NCBI GenBank assembly: GCA_002359215.1
Contig: DEMN01000001.1
Location: 16,593 to 80,592 of the forward strand
Source: Flavobacteriales bacterium UBA2669
Lineage (GTDB): Bacteria; Bacteroidota; Bacteroidia; Flavobacteriales_E; Vicingaceae
Length of the DNA stretch: 64,000 nucleotides
Direction of reading: 5' to 3'
Part shown: one piece after another, positions 1 to 9,300 of the stretch
Numbering within the stretch: the first letter of the stretch is position 1
How the letters are laid out: the number at the start of each line of letters is the position of its first letter
Notes under the pieces: generated by a model
What the model saw: the letters and a program-made list of their open reading frames with translations, nothing else
Databases searched by the model: none
Told to the model about the DNA's origin: nothing
Program-made: the position numbers and the translations under genes

Positions 1-1
1 A

Positions 2-361
2 CAAGGCATAGCAGAAAAAGGACATTTAGCTGAAGTTAATACCAGGATAGAAGAACTTAATAACCTACATAACTCCCTTTTGACTACTGTTCAAGACAAA
101 TTTTATCAAGAGCAGTATTTAAAAACGAAAACAAATATAACGGATTTTATACAAAAAACGGATAAACAAATAAATAATGAAGTTCAAGCTTGTTTGTTGG
201 GATTATACGGATTTTTAGTGTTAAAACTTAAAGGTAAAAAAATTTCGGAGGCAACGCAACAAGCAATTCAGTCGTTTAGTGCAATGATGGCTTTACTCAC
301 AGATAGGTACAATAAATTGCAAAAAGGAGAGTTGAAGTTCAGCAAAGCTTTTAGTAATTAA
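2..361 (+). CDS. 3' part of a gene that starts upstream of the window; function unassigned
   Basis: The frame of ORF 80..361 stays open back to nt 2 (QGIAEKGHLAEVNTRIEELNNL...), so the TTG at 80 is probably internal. Helical protein, no motif recognised. Confidence 0.5.
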   Translation, partial: QGIAEKGHLAEVNTRIEELNNLHNSLLTTVQDKFYQEQYLKTKTNITDFIQKTDKQINNEVQACLLGLYGFLVLKLKGKKISEATQQAIQSFSAMMALLTDRYNKLQKGELKFSKAFSN

Positions 362-380
362 TTTTAGGATTAATTATTGA

Positions 381-1946
381 GTGTTTGAACACCGTAAGAT
401 GTTAAAAAAGATCGTTTTCATACTACTATTGGTAAGCTCTTATTTAGAGTTTAATGCTCAGTGTGTGCCTGGTTCTCCACCATTGCCAACAGTGGTGGTA
501 GATTCTGTTTCCGTTTTACCCAATGGAGATATCATTATTTGTTGGCAAGTGAGTAATGTTCCTGATATTTTGGAGTACGATATTATCATGTTTGACCCCA
601 TTACCTTGGCAGATTTAACTATAGCAACTATTCCTGCAGGTGGTGCAACTTGCTATACTATTCCTTCAGGTAGCGCTAATAACTTTTTTGATACAGAAGT
701 GAGAGAATATGGTGTAAGAGTAAAAGATAATTGTGGTAACGCTTCTTTAAATGGTGATAATTATCATAATACCATGTTGTTGGAATACAGTATAAATATT
801 TGTGCAGCTTCCATTAATTTTACATGGAATGCTTATGATGATTTTACTTCAGGAACAAATGTGCTTTACGAACTTTTTGTAAGTCAAGATGCAGCTCCTT
901 TTATTTCTGCGGGAACAACCAACAGTACGAACATCACCTACACAGGAGTAGTACAAGGTTCTAATTACCAATTTTATATTAGGACAATTGAAAATAATGG
1001 AGCAGGGCCAATAACTTCATCAACAAATATTGTTGATATAAGTGCTAACTTTTTTCTTAAAGATCCTAGTTTTTTATATTTATACACTGCAACCGTTGAA
1101 GCTCCAACACAAATTGATGTACAGTTTTATGTTGACACTTTTGCAGACGCTAGAGTGTATAACATTCAAAGAAAACAAAAAATAACAGATGCCTTTGTTA
1201 CGGTAGGTTCAGTTCCTGCTTTTAAAGGAATGAATCCGTTTATCGTTTTTAATGATTATGATGTTGATGCTGAAGAGACTTCTTATTATTATCAAATAGA
1301 AATGGTTAACCTCTGTAATCAGACAAAAATTATATCTAACATAGGTAAAACCATTTTTTTAGAAGCTTATAATGATAAATTAGAACTAACTAACACACTT
1401 ACTTGGTCGGCTTATGAAGGTTGGTTAGGAAATGTTACCGCTTATGAAATTTACAGATCTATTGGTGGAATTTGGGAAACTACTCCGCTGGCAACTGTTT
1501 CGGCATTGGTTGGAGAAAATATTTATATAGACGATGTTTCTACTACCCTAGAAGGAGATGGAGAATTTTGTTATAAAATTGTTGGTGTAGAAGGTGGAGC
1601 TGCTCATCCGGGAGCTTTGCCTCCAGCCAGAAGCTCATCCAATGAAGTTTGTGTAGAACATGTTCCATTAATTTATATTCCCAATGCTTTTGACCCATTG
1701 AGTACATTTAACCCTGTCTTTAAACCCGTATTAACTTTTGCCGATCCGCTTTCTTACGAGATGATTATTTTTGATAGGTGGGGACAAAAAGTTTTTGAAA
1801 CTAATGATATTAATGAAGGTTGGAACGGAGCCTTTAACAACAAAGGTGAATTTCAAGCCGTTGGTAGTTACGTGTATTCCATTAAATTTAAATCGGCTCC
1901 GGGGAAAGATTTCGCCTATAGAGGCTTGGTAACACTTATTAGGTAA
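381..1946 (+). CDS. Secreted protein with T9SS type-B (gliding motility-associated) C-terminal sorting domain
   Basis: N-terminal signal peptide (KKIVFILLLVSSYLEFNAQ). The last ~90 aa (nt ~1675-1943), IPNAFDP...IIFDRWGQKVFET...GWNG...GSYVYSIKF...RGLVTLIR, match the CHU_C/type-B CTD pattern. Confidence 0.8.
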   Translation: MFEHRKMLKKIVFILLLVSSYLEFNAQCVPGSPPLPTVVVDSVSVLPNGDIIICWQVSNVPDILEYDIIMFDPITLADLTIATIPAGGATCYTIPSGSANNFFDTEVREYGVRVKDNCGNASLNGDNYHNTMLLEYSINICAASINFTWNAYDDFTSGTNVLYELFVSQDAAPFISAGTTNSTNITYTGVVQGSNYQFYIRTIENNGAGPITSSTNIVDISANFFLKDPSFLYLYTATVEAPTQIDVQFYVDTFADARVYNIQRKQKITDAFVTVGSVPAFKGMNPFIVFNDYDVDAEETSYYYQIEMVNLCNQTKIISNIGKTIFLEAYNDKLELTNTLTWSAYEGWLGNVTAYEIYRSIGGIWETTPLATVSALVGENIYIDDVSTTLEGDGEFCYKIVGVEGGAAHPGALPPARSSSNEVCVEHVPLIYIPNAFDPLSTFNPVFKPVLTFADPLSYEMIIFDRWGQKVFETNDINEGWNGAFNNKGEFQAVGSYVYSIKFKSAPGKDFAYRGLVTLIR

Positions 1947-2059
1947 CGCTCTTTAATTTTAACCTTATTAACTATTTTATTAATTTAGCCGCTAAAAGCA
2001 TTGTTATCGTAGCATTTCTAAAAGATATAGACACCCAGCTATTCTTATTCCTAAATGGA

Positions 2060-2584
2060 ATGCATTCTCCATTTTTTGATGTAGTTTTCGAATATTTTTC
2101 AGGTAGATTTTTTTGGATACCACTCTATGCTTTGCTGTTTGTTATTGCTATTTTAAAGCTTAAATGGAGAATAATTTACTTTGTTGTGGCTGTAGTTGCA
2201 TTAATATTTTTAAGCGATAAAATATCCGTTTATTTATTTAAAGAGGTTTTTATGAGGTATAGACCTTGTCATAATCTAGATATTTCTCATTTAGTACATT
2301 TAGTAGATGGATGTGGTGGAAAGTATGGTTTTGTATCATCACATGCTGCCAATACTTTTGCTTTAGCCACTTATTTAGGAGTTGTATTAAAAAAGCATTT
2401 CCCAAAAATGTTATTATGGATGCTTGTTTGGGCGGTAATAGTTTCGTACAGCAGAATTTATTTGGGGGTACATTATCCGGCTGATATTGTTGTAGGAGGA
2501 ATTTTAGGAATAGGAATAGGGTTGTTTGTGGCTTTTTTGCTAAAAAAATTGAATACTAAACTAAACCTTAAAATGGATATATAA
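2060..2584 (+). CDS. PAP2-family (BcrC-like) phosphatase
   Basis: Three PAP2 motifs: RYRPCH, VSSHAA and SRIYLGVHYPADIVVG. Multi-TM protein. The true start may lie upstream (see findings). Confidence 0.85.
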   Translation: MHSPFFDVVFEYFSGRFFWIPLYALLFVIAILKLKWRIIYFVVAVVALIFLSDKISVYLFKEVFMRYRPCHNLDISHLVHLVDGCGGKYGFVSSHAANTFALATYLGVVLKKHFPKMLLWMLVWAVIVSYSRIYLGVHYPADIVVGGILGIGIGLFVAFLLKKLNTKLNLKMDI

Positions 2585-2949
2585 TGGTGCAAATAGGACT
2601 TTTATTTCTTGCGGGTGGTTTAGGTACACTTTGTCGCTATGGAATTTCTAAAGCAACGCTTAGTGTGGTGGTAACCAATTTTCCTTTGGGGACATTTATA
2701 TCAAACATAATAAGCTGTGTTATATTAGCACTTACTTTGGTGTATTTTAACGGAAAATTTTTTGATAACTCATTAGCAAAGTTGGTTATTATTACAGGCT
2801 TTTGTGGTGGGTTTAGTACGTTCTCTACTTTTAGTTACGAAACAGTAGAACTCTTAAAACAAGGAAATGCAATATGGGCGATTGCCAATATTTTTATTAG
2901 TGTGTTGGTGGGCGTTGCACTTATTTATTTTTTACTGATTAAAGATTAA
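2584..2949 (+). CDS. crcB: Fluoride ion channel CrcB/FluC
   Basis: GGLGTLCRYG, GTFISNIISC and GFCGGFSTFSTFSYE motifs in a 4-TM, 121-aa protein. Its start overlaps the PAP2 stop (ATAATG). Confidence 0.9.
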   Translation: MVQIGLLFLAGGLGTLCRYGISKATLSVVVTNFPLGTFISNIISCVILALTLVYFNGKFFDNSLAKLVIITGFCGGFSTFSTFSYETVELLKQGNAIWAIANIFISVLVGVALIYFLLIKD

Positions 2950-3011
2950 GGTTTAGATAACTAATCTGTTGAGAAACTAAATAATCAACCTTTTTTTAAT
3001 ACCTTTGCCTC

Positions 3012-3362
3012 ATGGAAACTACTCATCAACCTAATATCCAACAAGAGTTACCTAATGCTACATTAGTATTGGTTTTTGGTATTTTATCAATAGTGTTTTG
3101 CTTTTGTTACGGTTTTTTAGGGTTAGTTTTCGGTATTCTATCTGTGGTATTGGCTTCAAAAGCTAATAAATTATATAAGAGTTCACCTCAAAATTATACC
3201 ATAGGTTCTTATAACAATGTAAAAGCAGGAAAAGTTTGTGGAATTATTGGCTTGTGTTTATCAGGCATATTTTTCTTATTAATACTTGCTTATCTTGCGT
3301 TTTTCGGCTTTGTATTTACATCAGTCCTTCCATGGTCTGAGATGATGCAGCAGCCGTATTAA
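3012..3362 (+). CDS. Small membrane protein (DUF4190/CCC-motif-like)
   Basis: Polar N-terminus, then hydrophobic helices (LVLVFGILSIVFCFCYGFLGLVFGILSVVLA and a second pair). No catalytic motif. Confidence 0.6.
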   Translation: METTHQPNIQQELPNATLVLVFGILSIVFCFCYGFLGLVFGILSVVLASKANKLYKSSPQNYTIGSYNNVKAGKVCGIIGLCLSGIFFLLILAYLAFFGFVFTSVLPWSEMMQQPY

Positions 3363-3392
3363 TTTTTTCTAACTAATTAAAATTTTTGTGTT

Positions 3393-3758
3393 GTGGATTT
3401 AAGTGATAAATTTAAAGGGAGTTATAGCGTTAATCTTAGAATTTTAACCAAAAAATCTAAGTTGGGTTTTGGTTACCAAGATATAAAAGAATTGCGTATT
3501 CAAGATTTGCTTATAGCTAATAAACACAAAGAATTAATTCGAATTTATTTTGGCTTAGATAAAATATCTTTTGTTGATGAAATCTTAGAAGAAATAGGCA
3601 TTACCGAAGACATGAAAATTGAAAAACCGGGTAAAATTGTTGATACTGACGATAGAGAGGTGCTGATAAAAAAAGCCATGGAAAACGTTAAAGTACAACG
3701 CATAAAAGATAGAGAAGCCTTCAAAAAAATGATGGAAAAAGAATTGGACTTGAATTAA
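3393..3758 (+). CDS. Hypothetical protein (GTG start)
   Basis: Clean 121-aa ORF, charged and helical, with no competing ORF. Confidence 0.5.
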   Translation: MDLSDKFKGSYSVNLRILTKKSKLGFGYQDIKELRIQDLLIANKHKELIRIYFGLDKISFVDEILEEIGITEDMKIEKPGKIVDTDDREVLIKKAMENVKVQRIKDREAFKKMMEKELDLN

Positions 3759-3840
3759 GAGTTAGTTTTGAAATTCATTTTGAATGACTTCTGACCAATT
3801 CCTGAAACCTATTTTACTTTTAATTGTTAACTAAATATTT

Positions 3841-3871
3841 GCAACCCAAGTAAATTATTTAGTTGGGTTGC
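3841..3871 (+). terminator. Perfect 9-bp inverted repeat GCAACCCAA-N13-TTGGGTTGC followed by a T-rich tail; terminator of 3393..3758 or operator of the MerR gene
   Basis: Read directly from the sequence. It lies 14 nt upstream of the MerR start codon. Confidence 0.4.
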
Positions 3872-3884
3872 TTACTTTTGCTAC

Positions 3885-4217
3885 ATGACTGACGGTAAAT
3901 TATTTTATACTATTGGTGAAGTGGCAAACATGTTTAATGTCAACACATCCTTAATTCGTTTTTGGGAAAAGGAGTTTGATATTATCAAACCTCAAAAAAA
4001 TAAAAAAGGTAATAGGCTGTTTACCAAAAAAGACATTGATAATTTTCATATTATTTTTCATTTAGTAAAAGAGAAAGGCTATACTTTAGAAGGAGCCAAA
4101 AACAAACTTAAAAGTGGAGCACAACCCTTTCAAGAATCTACTAAAGAGAATCTTGAAGTCATCAAATCATTAGAAAATGTAAAAGCTTTTTTACTGAGCT
4201 TGAAAGAAGAGTTATAA
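3885..4217 (+). CDS. MerR-family transcriptional regulator
   Basis: N-terminal HTH YTIGEVANMFNVNTSLIRFWEKEF...NRLFTKKDI followed by a coiled-coil tail. Confidence 0.85.
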   Translation: MTDGKLFYTIGEVANMFNVNTSLIRFWEKEFDIIKPQKNKKGNRLFTKKDIDNFHIIFHLVKEKGYTLEGAKNKLKSGAQPFQESTKENLEVIKSLENVKAFLLSLKEEL

Positions 4218-4218
4218 C

Positions 4219-4256
4219 AAAAAAAACCTCTGAATTATAATTCAGAGGTTTTTTTT
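4219..4256. terminator. Bidirectional rho-independent terminator
   Basis: A8-CCTCTGAA-TTATAA-TTCAGAGG-T8 immediately after the MerR stop. Confidence 0.8.
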
Positions 4257-4564
4257 GTACCCCAAACAGGACAAATATCGAACTTTTTAATGAAAGATTC
4301 AGGGATTATTATTCAACAGTCAAAGTTTATTGGATTGACCATTTAAACTTATGTCGAAGAGTAGCTAAATAGAGTATTCAGATTACCTATTTGTGGTATT
4401 TCATATAACATAGTTAATTTTTTAGGTTTTTTTATTAAATTCAAACAGTTCAGTTATATAGTATGTATATAGGAGTAATGAAAAAAAGGATGTTACGGAG
4501 CTATTGGTTGGGTGTATTCTATTGATAAGCAAAAAATTATTAGTAAAAAGTAAAATATTTTAAA

Positions 4565-4572
4565 TATATTTG
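4565..4572 (+). promoter_or_regulatory. Bacteroidota -7 promoter box TATATTTG (TAnnTTTG)
   Basis: Exact match to the TAnnTTTG consensus in a 560-nt ORF-free gap. No clear -33 TTTG was seen. Confidence 0.35.
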
Positions 4573-4621
4573 CATCGAATTTAAAACTAAGCATATAGAA
4601 GAAAAGTAAATTAAAATATTG

Positions 4622-4799
4622 ATATAGCATGACGCTATAATTCTGGTTACAGAAAACGACCAATTTTTATTATCAGACCAAGAATTTAAGCAGTATGCTC
4701 ACCTATGGGGTGGGCTTCTCTTTATTTCGGTCTGTGGGCACTTGGTCGTGCCTCTGTAACGGATAAGTGTAAGTTTCACCCCTCTTTTTTTTTGAGGGG
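4622..4799 (+). ncRNA. Candidate structured RNA or 5' leader (unclassified; 6S-Flavo-like or riboswitch-like architecture)
   Basis: Small hairpin TATAGC(4623-4628)/GCTATA(4634-4639). Nested helices GTTACAG(4646-4652)/CTGTAAC(4754-4760), CGACCAA(4657-4663)/TTGGTCG(4742-4748) and CAGACC(4674-4679)/GGTCTG(4729-4734). Final hairpin CCCCTC-T9-GAGGGG (4779-4799). Confidence 0.35.
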
Positions 4800-4823
4800 A
4801 TTTATTAACCAAAATAAAACCCT

Positions 4824-5195
4824 ATGATTAAAGTACTACTAGTTGATGATAGTGCTATCGTTAGAAAAGCTATCAAAACTATCCTTAACAGACATCCCGA
4901 AATTCAAGTAATCGGAGAATGTAAAGATGGAGAAGAAGTTATCCCTTTTTTACAACATCAGAAGCCCGATGTTATCTTAATGGATAGTAATATGCCTGTA
5001 CTTAATGGTATTGAGGCCACAAAGTTAGTAAATCATTTATTTCCGGAAATAAAAGTAATTGGCTTATCCTGCCATGATGATATAGTAACCAAAAATGCTT
5101 TTTTTGAAAATGGAGCAGTCGGATTTTTATCTAAATATGAGACCACTAATGAAAAACTTGTTTTAAAAATCAATAATTGTTGTTTAATCATGTAA
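4824..5195 (+). CDS. Stand-alone response-regulator receiver (CheY-like) protein
   Basis: LLVDDS, phospho-acceptor context VILMDSNMP, KVIGLS and a downstream Lys. 123 aa with no output domain. Confidence 0.85.
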   Translation: MIKVLLVDDSAIVRKAIKTILNRHPEIQVIGECKDGEEVIPFLQHQKPDVILMDSNMPVLNGIEATKLVNHLFPEIKVIGLSCHDDIVTKNAFFENGAVGFLSKYETTNEKLVLKINNCCLIM

Positions 5196-5242
5196 AAATT
5201 CAAAAAATGATGCCATTATTATATAATTATTCCATCACGAAT

Positions 5243-5292
5243 GAACCGATAAATGGAAAAAAACGACCGTTCATTGACAAAAAACGACCGTT
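5243..5292 (+). promoter_or_regulatory. Direct repeats in 21-bp phase (candidate LytTR boxes)
   Basis: CGACCGTT at 5264-5271 and 5285-5292, each preceded by an A-run, plus a degenerate GAACCGAT at 5243-5250. Spacing is exactly 21 bp. They lie 85-130 nt upstream of the LytTR gene. Confidence 0.45.
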
Positions 5293-5374
5293 AGTAAGAT
5301 AAATGAATCTTTTCTTTGAAATTAACATTTTTTAATTTACGTTTGGAGCCTTTTGTTTATAAATATAAGATAAC

Positions 5375-5875
5375 TTGATAGTACTCAGAGAAAATAACGA
5401 AGAAATTGCCCTACAAAAAAGATTAGTAGAGTTAGAAAAGTTATTAGCTCAAACTAAAAAAAAACTTCAAGATGAAGCTGAATACAACAAACAACTTGAA
5501 GCTGTTTTAAAAGAGGAGTATCCAGTTAGAAAATCAAAGATTATTACCATTAAAAGTGCCACTAAAATAGAGTTTGTAAATGTAGATGATATAATATGTT
5601 GCGATGCAGATGAAGTTTATACACATGTTCACTTAAATGATAAGAGAAAAATTATTACAGTAGCAAAAACATTAAGCACATTTGAAACTCTGTTAGTAGG
5701 ACACGATTTTTTTAGAATAAGTAAGAGCCATATTATTAACCCAAGTTACATTATCACATTTTATAAAGACAGAAACCAACTTTTATTACGAGGAAATATG
5801 GTATTAGACATTGCAAGAAGGAGAAGGGTAGAATTCTTAAAAGTACTTAATAAAAAAGATAAAGAAATAATTTAA
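5375..5875 (+). CDS. LytTR-domain DNA-binding protein without a receiver domain (TTG start)
   Basis: N-terminal coiled coil, then a LytTR-like region: KIEFVNVDDIICCDADEVYTHVHL...FFRISKSHIINPSYI. An in-frame TAA at 5366-5368 limits the start to the TTG at 5375. Confidence 0.8.
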   Translation: MIVLRENNEEIALQKRLVELEKLLAQTKKKLQDEAEYNKQLEAVLKEEYPVRKSKIITIKSATKIEFVNVDDIICCDADEVYTHVHLNDKRKIITVAKTLSTFETLLVGHDFFRISKSHIINPSYIITFYKDRNQLLLRGNMVLDIARRRRVEFLKVLNKKDKEII

Positions 5876-5898
5876 ATTAACATTAAACAACCGGCAAA

Positions 5899-6306
5899 AT
5901 GAAAAAGATGCTTTTAGTGCTTATGGTGCTTACTTCAATGAAAATTTATTCCCAAAATATACTTAATACGTCTGGAAATGTTATTTATACTGTAGACTCT
6001 GTTACAGGAGAAATAAAAAATATAAATTTTGATGTAGTAGGAACGATAAGTGAGACAGGAATAATATACAATGAATTGCAAACACCGATTGCTTATTTTT
6101 CTGAAAATAATGAATTAATTACCAATCAAGGAGATAGTCTGGGAAAATTAAATGAAGACGGGTCTGTTCAATTTAAAAATGGAGCTCAAATTGGATATAT
6201 TCAAAATGATGGAATTGTATTGGGTTCAAATCAAAATACCATAGGAAATGGAAACGATGTTGCTAAAAGATTTCTAATGTATTTATTTTTCTTTTACCCA
6301 TTGTAA
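5899..6306 (+). CDS. Small secreted hypothetical protein
   Basis: Signal peptide MKKMLLVLMVLTSMKIYSQ, then G/N/I-rich short repeats. Confidence 0.5.
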   Translation: MKKMLLVLMVLTSMKIYSQNILNTSGNVIYTVDSVTGEIKNINFDVVGTISETGIIYNELQTPIAYFSENNELITNQGDSLGKLNEDGSVQFKNGAQIGYIQNDGIVLGSNQNTIGNGNDVAKRFLMYLFFFYPL

Positions 6307-6353
6307 CTATTAAGTATGAAAAATAAATCAAACAGATAAAACACTACTGATAT

Positions 6354-9300
6354 ATGAAAATAAAAGGCGTATTTGTATGTATGTTAAGTTTACTACCATT
6401 TTTTGGAGTAACCCAAAATGCAGTTGAGTGGATTAATTTAGTGAACCTTACTTTAACAGGAGATACGTTAGAGAAAACATCAGGAACGGTAGGTTGGAAT
6501 GCACATGCGAATTCAACTAATATTTTGGTTGGAGATGGATGGGTTAAATATAATGTAGCTAGTCTTGGTACACAAAGGCTTTTTGGATTTTCCCAAAAAG
6601 GAGTAACTATCAATACAGATGCAGAAATTATTTATGGTTTTTATGTTAGTGGTACTGATTTATATTCTCGGGAATCCGGTAGTCAAACATATTTAAATAC
6701 TACCTATGACATCGGAGATGAGTTGGTTATTGAGCGGATTGGAGATACTGTTTACTATAAGAAAGACAGTGTTGTTTTGCGACAAATAACCGTTGATGGG
6801 ACTTTACAACTAAATGCAGCAGCAGTTTTTAGAAATCAAGGTACAAAACTGGAGTCGGTAGTTGCTTCATTTGACTCGACAGAGCCATTAAACCTTACAG
6901 CAACGTTAAGTCATGTTTTTCAAACGCCTCAATCAGGTGCAATAGATATTACTCCAAGTGGTGGAATTGTACCTTATAGTTATTCTTGGACACCTGGAGG
7001 AGATACAACAGAAGACCTTAATAATCTTGATCCGGGAGTTTATACAGTAGTGGTTACAGATTCCAATTTAAATACATATGAAAAATCTTTTACTATAGGT
7101 TATGGAGTGGAATGGATAGATATGATAGGAACCGACACAACAGGAACTACTGTGCAAAAGACTTCAACTGCAGGAGGCTGGATTACCGGTGCAGCATCTA
7201 GAAATATTTTAAAATCTATAGAAGATGGATGGGTTGAATATAAAGTACAAGACAGTAATGAGACAAAAGTATTTGGATTATCTCCATATCCTAATACATC
7301 AGCAACATTGAACACAGTAGAATATGGATATCAAATTAGAGCTGATGGTTATGTGTACATTTATGAGTTAGGAGTTCCGGTGCTACAAACTATGCAATAC
7401 ACCATTGGAGATGTTTTAAAAATTGAACGATCGGGAAGTTTTATCAATTATTATCAAAATGAGATACTTCAAAGACAAATTGCTACAGATAGTACTCTGC
7501 AATTAATAGTCGATGTTTCATTTAATACCAATGGAAGTAAATTTCAAGACGTGGTGACCTCTTTTCCTGCACCACCAAGTTTAACGTTTTCGGTTACACA
7601 AGCAGCATTGGATCATTCAGTATTAGGAACAATTGATTTAACGGTAACAAGTGGAACTCCTCCTTATACCTATAATTGGCAACCAACAGGGATGACAACA
7701 CAAGATTTGAGCGGTTTAAACCCCAATACGTATTCAGTGGTTGTAACAGATGCTACAGGGAGAGAAACTGAAGGAGCTATAGGAGTAGGGTATGATGTAG
7801 CATGGGAGGAATTGACAAATGTAACAGTAACCGGAAATACAATAGAAAAAACCTCCGGGTCATCAGGTTGGAATGCCGGAGCAGCATCTGTTGATGTATT
7901 GCCAAGTTCAACCGATGGTTGGATTGAATACGATATAGTACCATCAAACACTTATAGAATAATAGGACTATCGAAATTACCTAGTAATCAATCAGCTACA
8001 TTGACGGGAATAAACTATGGATTTCAAATAAGATTGGATGGTCAAATTATTATTTATGAATTAGGAACAGGAGTACATACTATTCCTAAATATTATGAAG
8101 GAGATGTGCTTCGAATAGAACGAAAATCAAATCAACTCAATTACCTTATTAATCATAGTATTGTAAGATCTATTGTTGTTGATTCTTTAGACTCACTGTA
8201 TACAGATATTAGCTTTCATACGGTAGGTGCTAAGTTTGAAAATGTACGTTATTTATTTTCAGCACCTTCTCTTGCGGAGTTTACGGTTGATTATGTTGCT
8301 ACAAGCGAATCCAGTGATAGTTTAGGGTCTATTCAACTATCACCAACAGGAGGTATTCCACCATTTTACTATTTTTGGGATGATGGAGATCAATCTCAAA
8401 ATAGGTATAATTTAGAGTCAGGATTATATAGTGTTACTGTTGTCGATTCTTTACTAGATTCAGTTAATTTAGTGATACCCGTTGATGTGGAAATTTTAGT
8501 CACAGATTCGCAAGGCGTAACCTTTGATAATCATTATGTAGAAAAAACAGCAGCTGATGGATGGGGCAATGGAAAAATGAGTTTTTCAAATGTAGCAAAA
8601 GGAGATGGGTCTGTAAGAGTTGAAATAGTAAATGATAACAAAGAATGGGCTTTTGGATACAGATTATCAGCTAACGCTCAGGCGGTTTATTATAATGATT
8701 TAGATTATGGATTTTATATTAATAGTGGAGATACCTTATATACATGGGAGAAGTCAACCAGTACACTAATCAATGTAGGGACTGTCACAGCAGGTGATAT
8801 TTTAAGTATAGAACGAGAGGGAGGGTTAGTTACATTTAAAAAAAATGATGTTTTTATTTCAGAAGTAAGCGTTAATGTTGCTAATGAATACAGAATAGAT
8901 TTCTCTCTTTTCTCTACTCAAACAAGGGCAAGGGTTATTATCATAAGGTTTCCTTTTTGGTTAACAGCTAGTGCAAACATTACAAATAGCAATTGTAATA
9001 TCCCTAATACAACTACAGGAGAAATTGATTTGACTGTTATTGGAGGTACTCCTCCTTACTCTTACAGTTGGACTGGTCCAAACAACTTTACAGCTTCAAC
9101 ACAAGACATATTTAATCTTGAAGCAGGAGCTTATACAGTTACAATTACAGATAGCCGCCCCACCCCTAACTCCATCATTAGAACCTATTATGTAGGTCAT
9201 AAAGTAGAATGGACAAACATAGTTGCATCAACTGTTAATGATAATACCTTAATAAGAAATACATCCACTTACGATGAACCTAGTGGGGCATCTTCGGTTA

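Noticed and set aside
1994-2011. An 18-nt identity, AAAAGCATTGTTATCGTA, shared with 54500-54517
   Set aside because: It is a single AT-rich 18-mer shared between unrelated contexts. The expected number of such matches in 64 kb of AT-rich DNA is not negligible, and the flanks are not similar.
1947-2583. A fluoride (crcB-motif) riboswitch upstream of crcB
   Set aside because: crcB directly overlaps the PAP2 stop. The 110 nt upstream of the PAP2 gene show no pseudoknot or GG.GAUGG...CCGCC-like pattern that I could recognise.
4257-4290. A tRNA-like 3' end on the minus strand (GTTCGATATTTGTCCTGTTTGGGG)
   Set aside because: A TTCGA-type loop is present, but the flanking bases cannot form a T-stem (AAAAG versus TTTGT). 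No acceptor, D or anticodon arms can be drawn. At most it is a degraded att/tRNA remnant.
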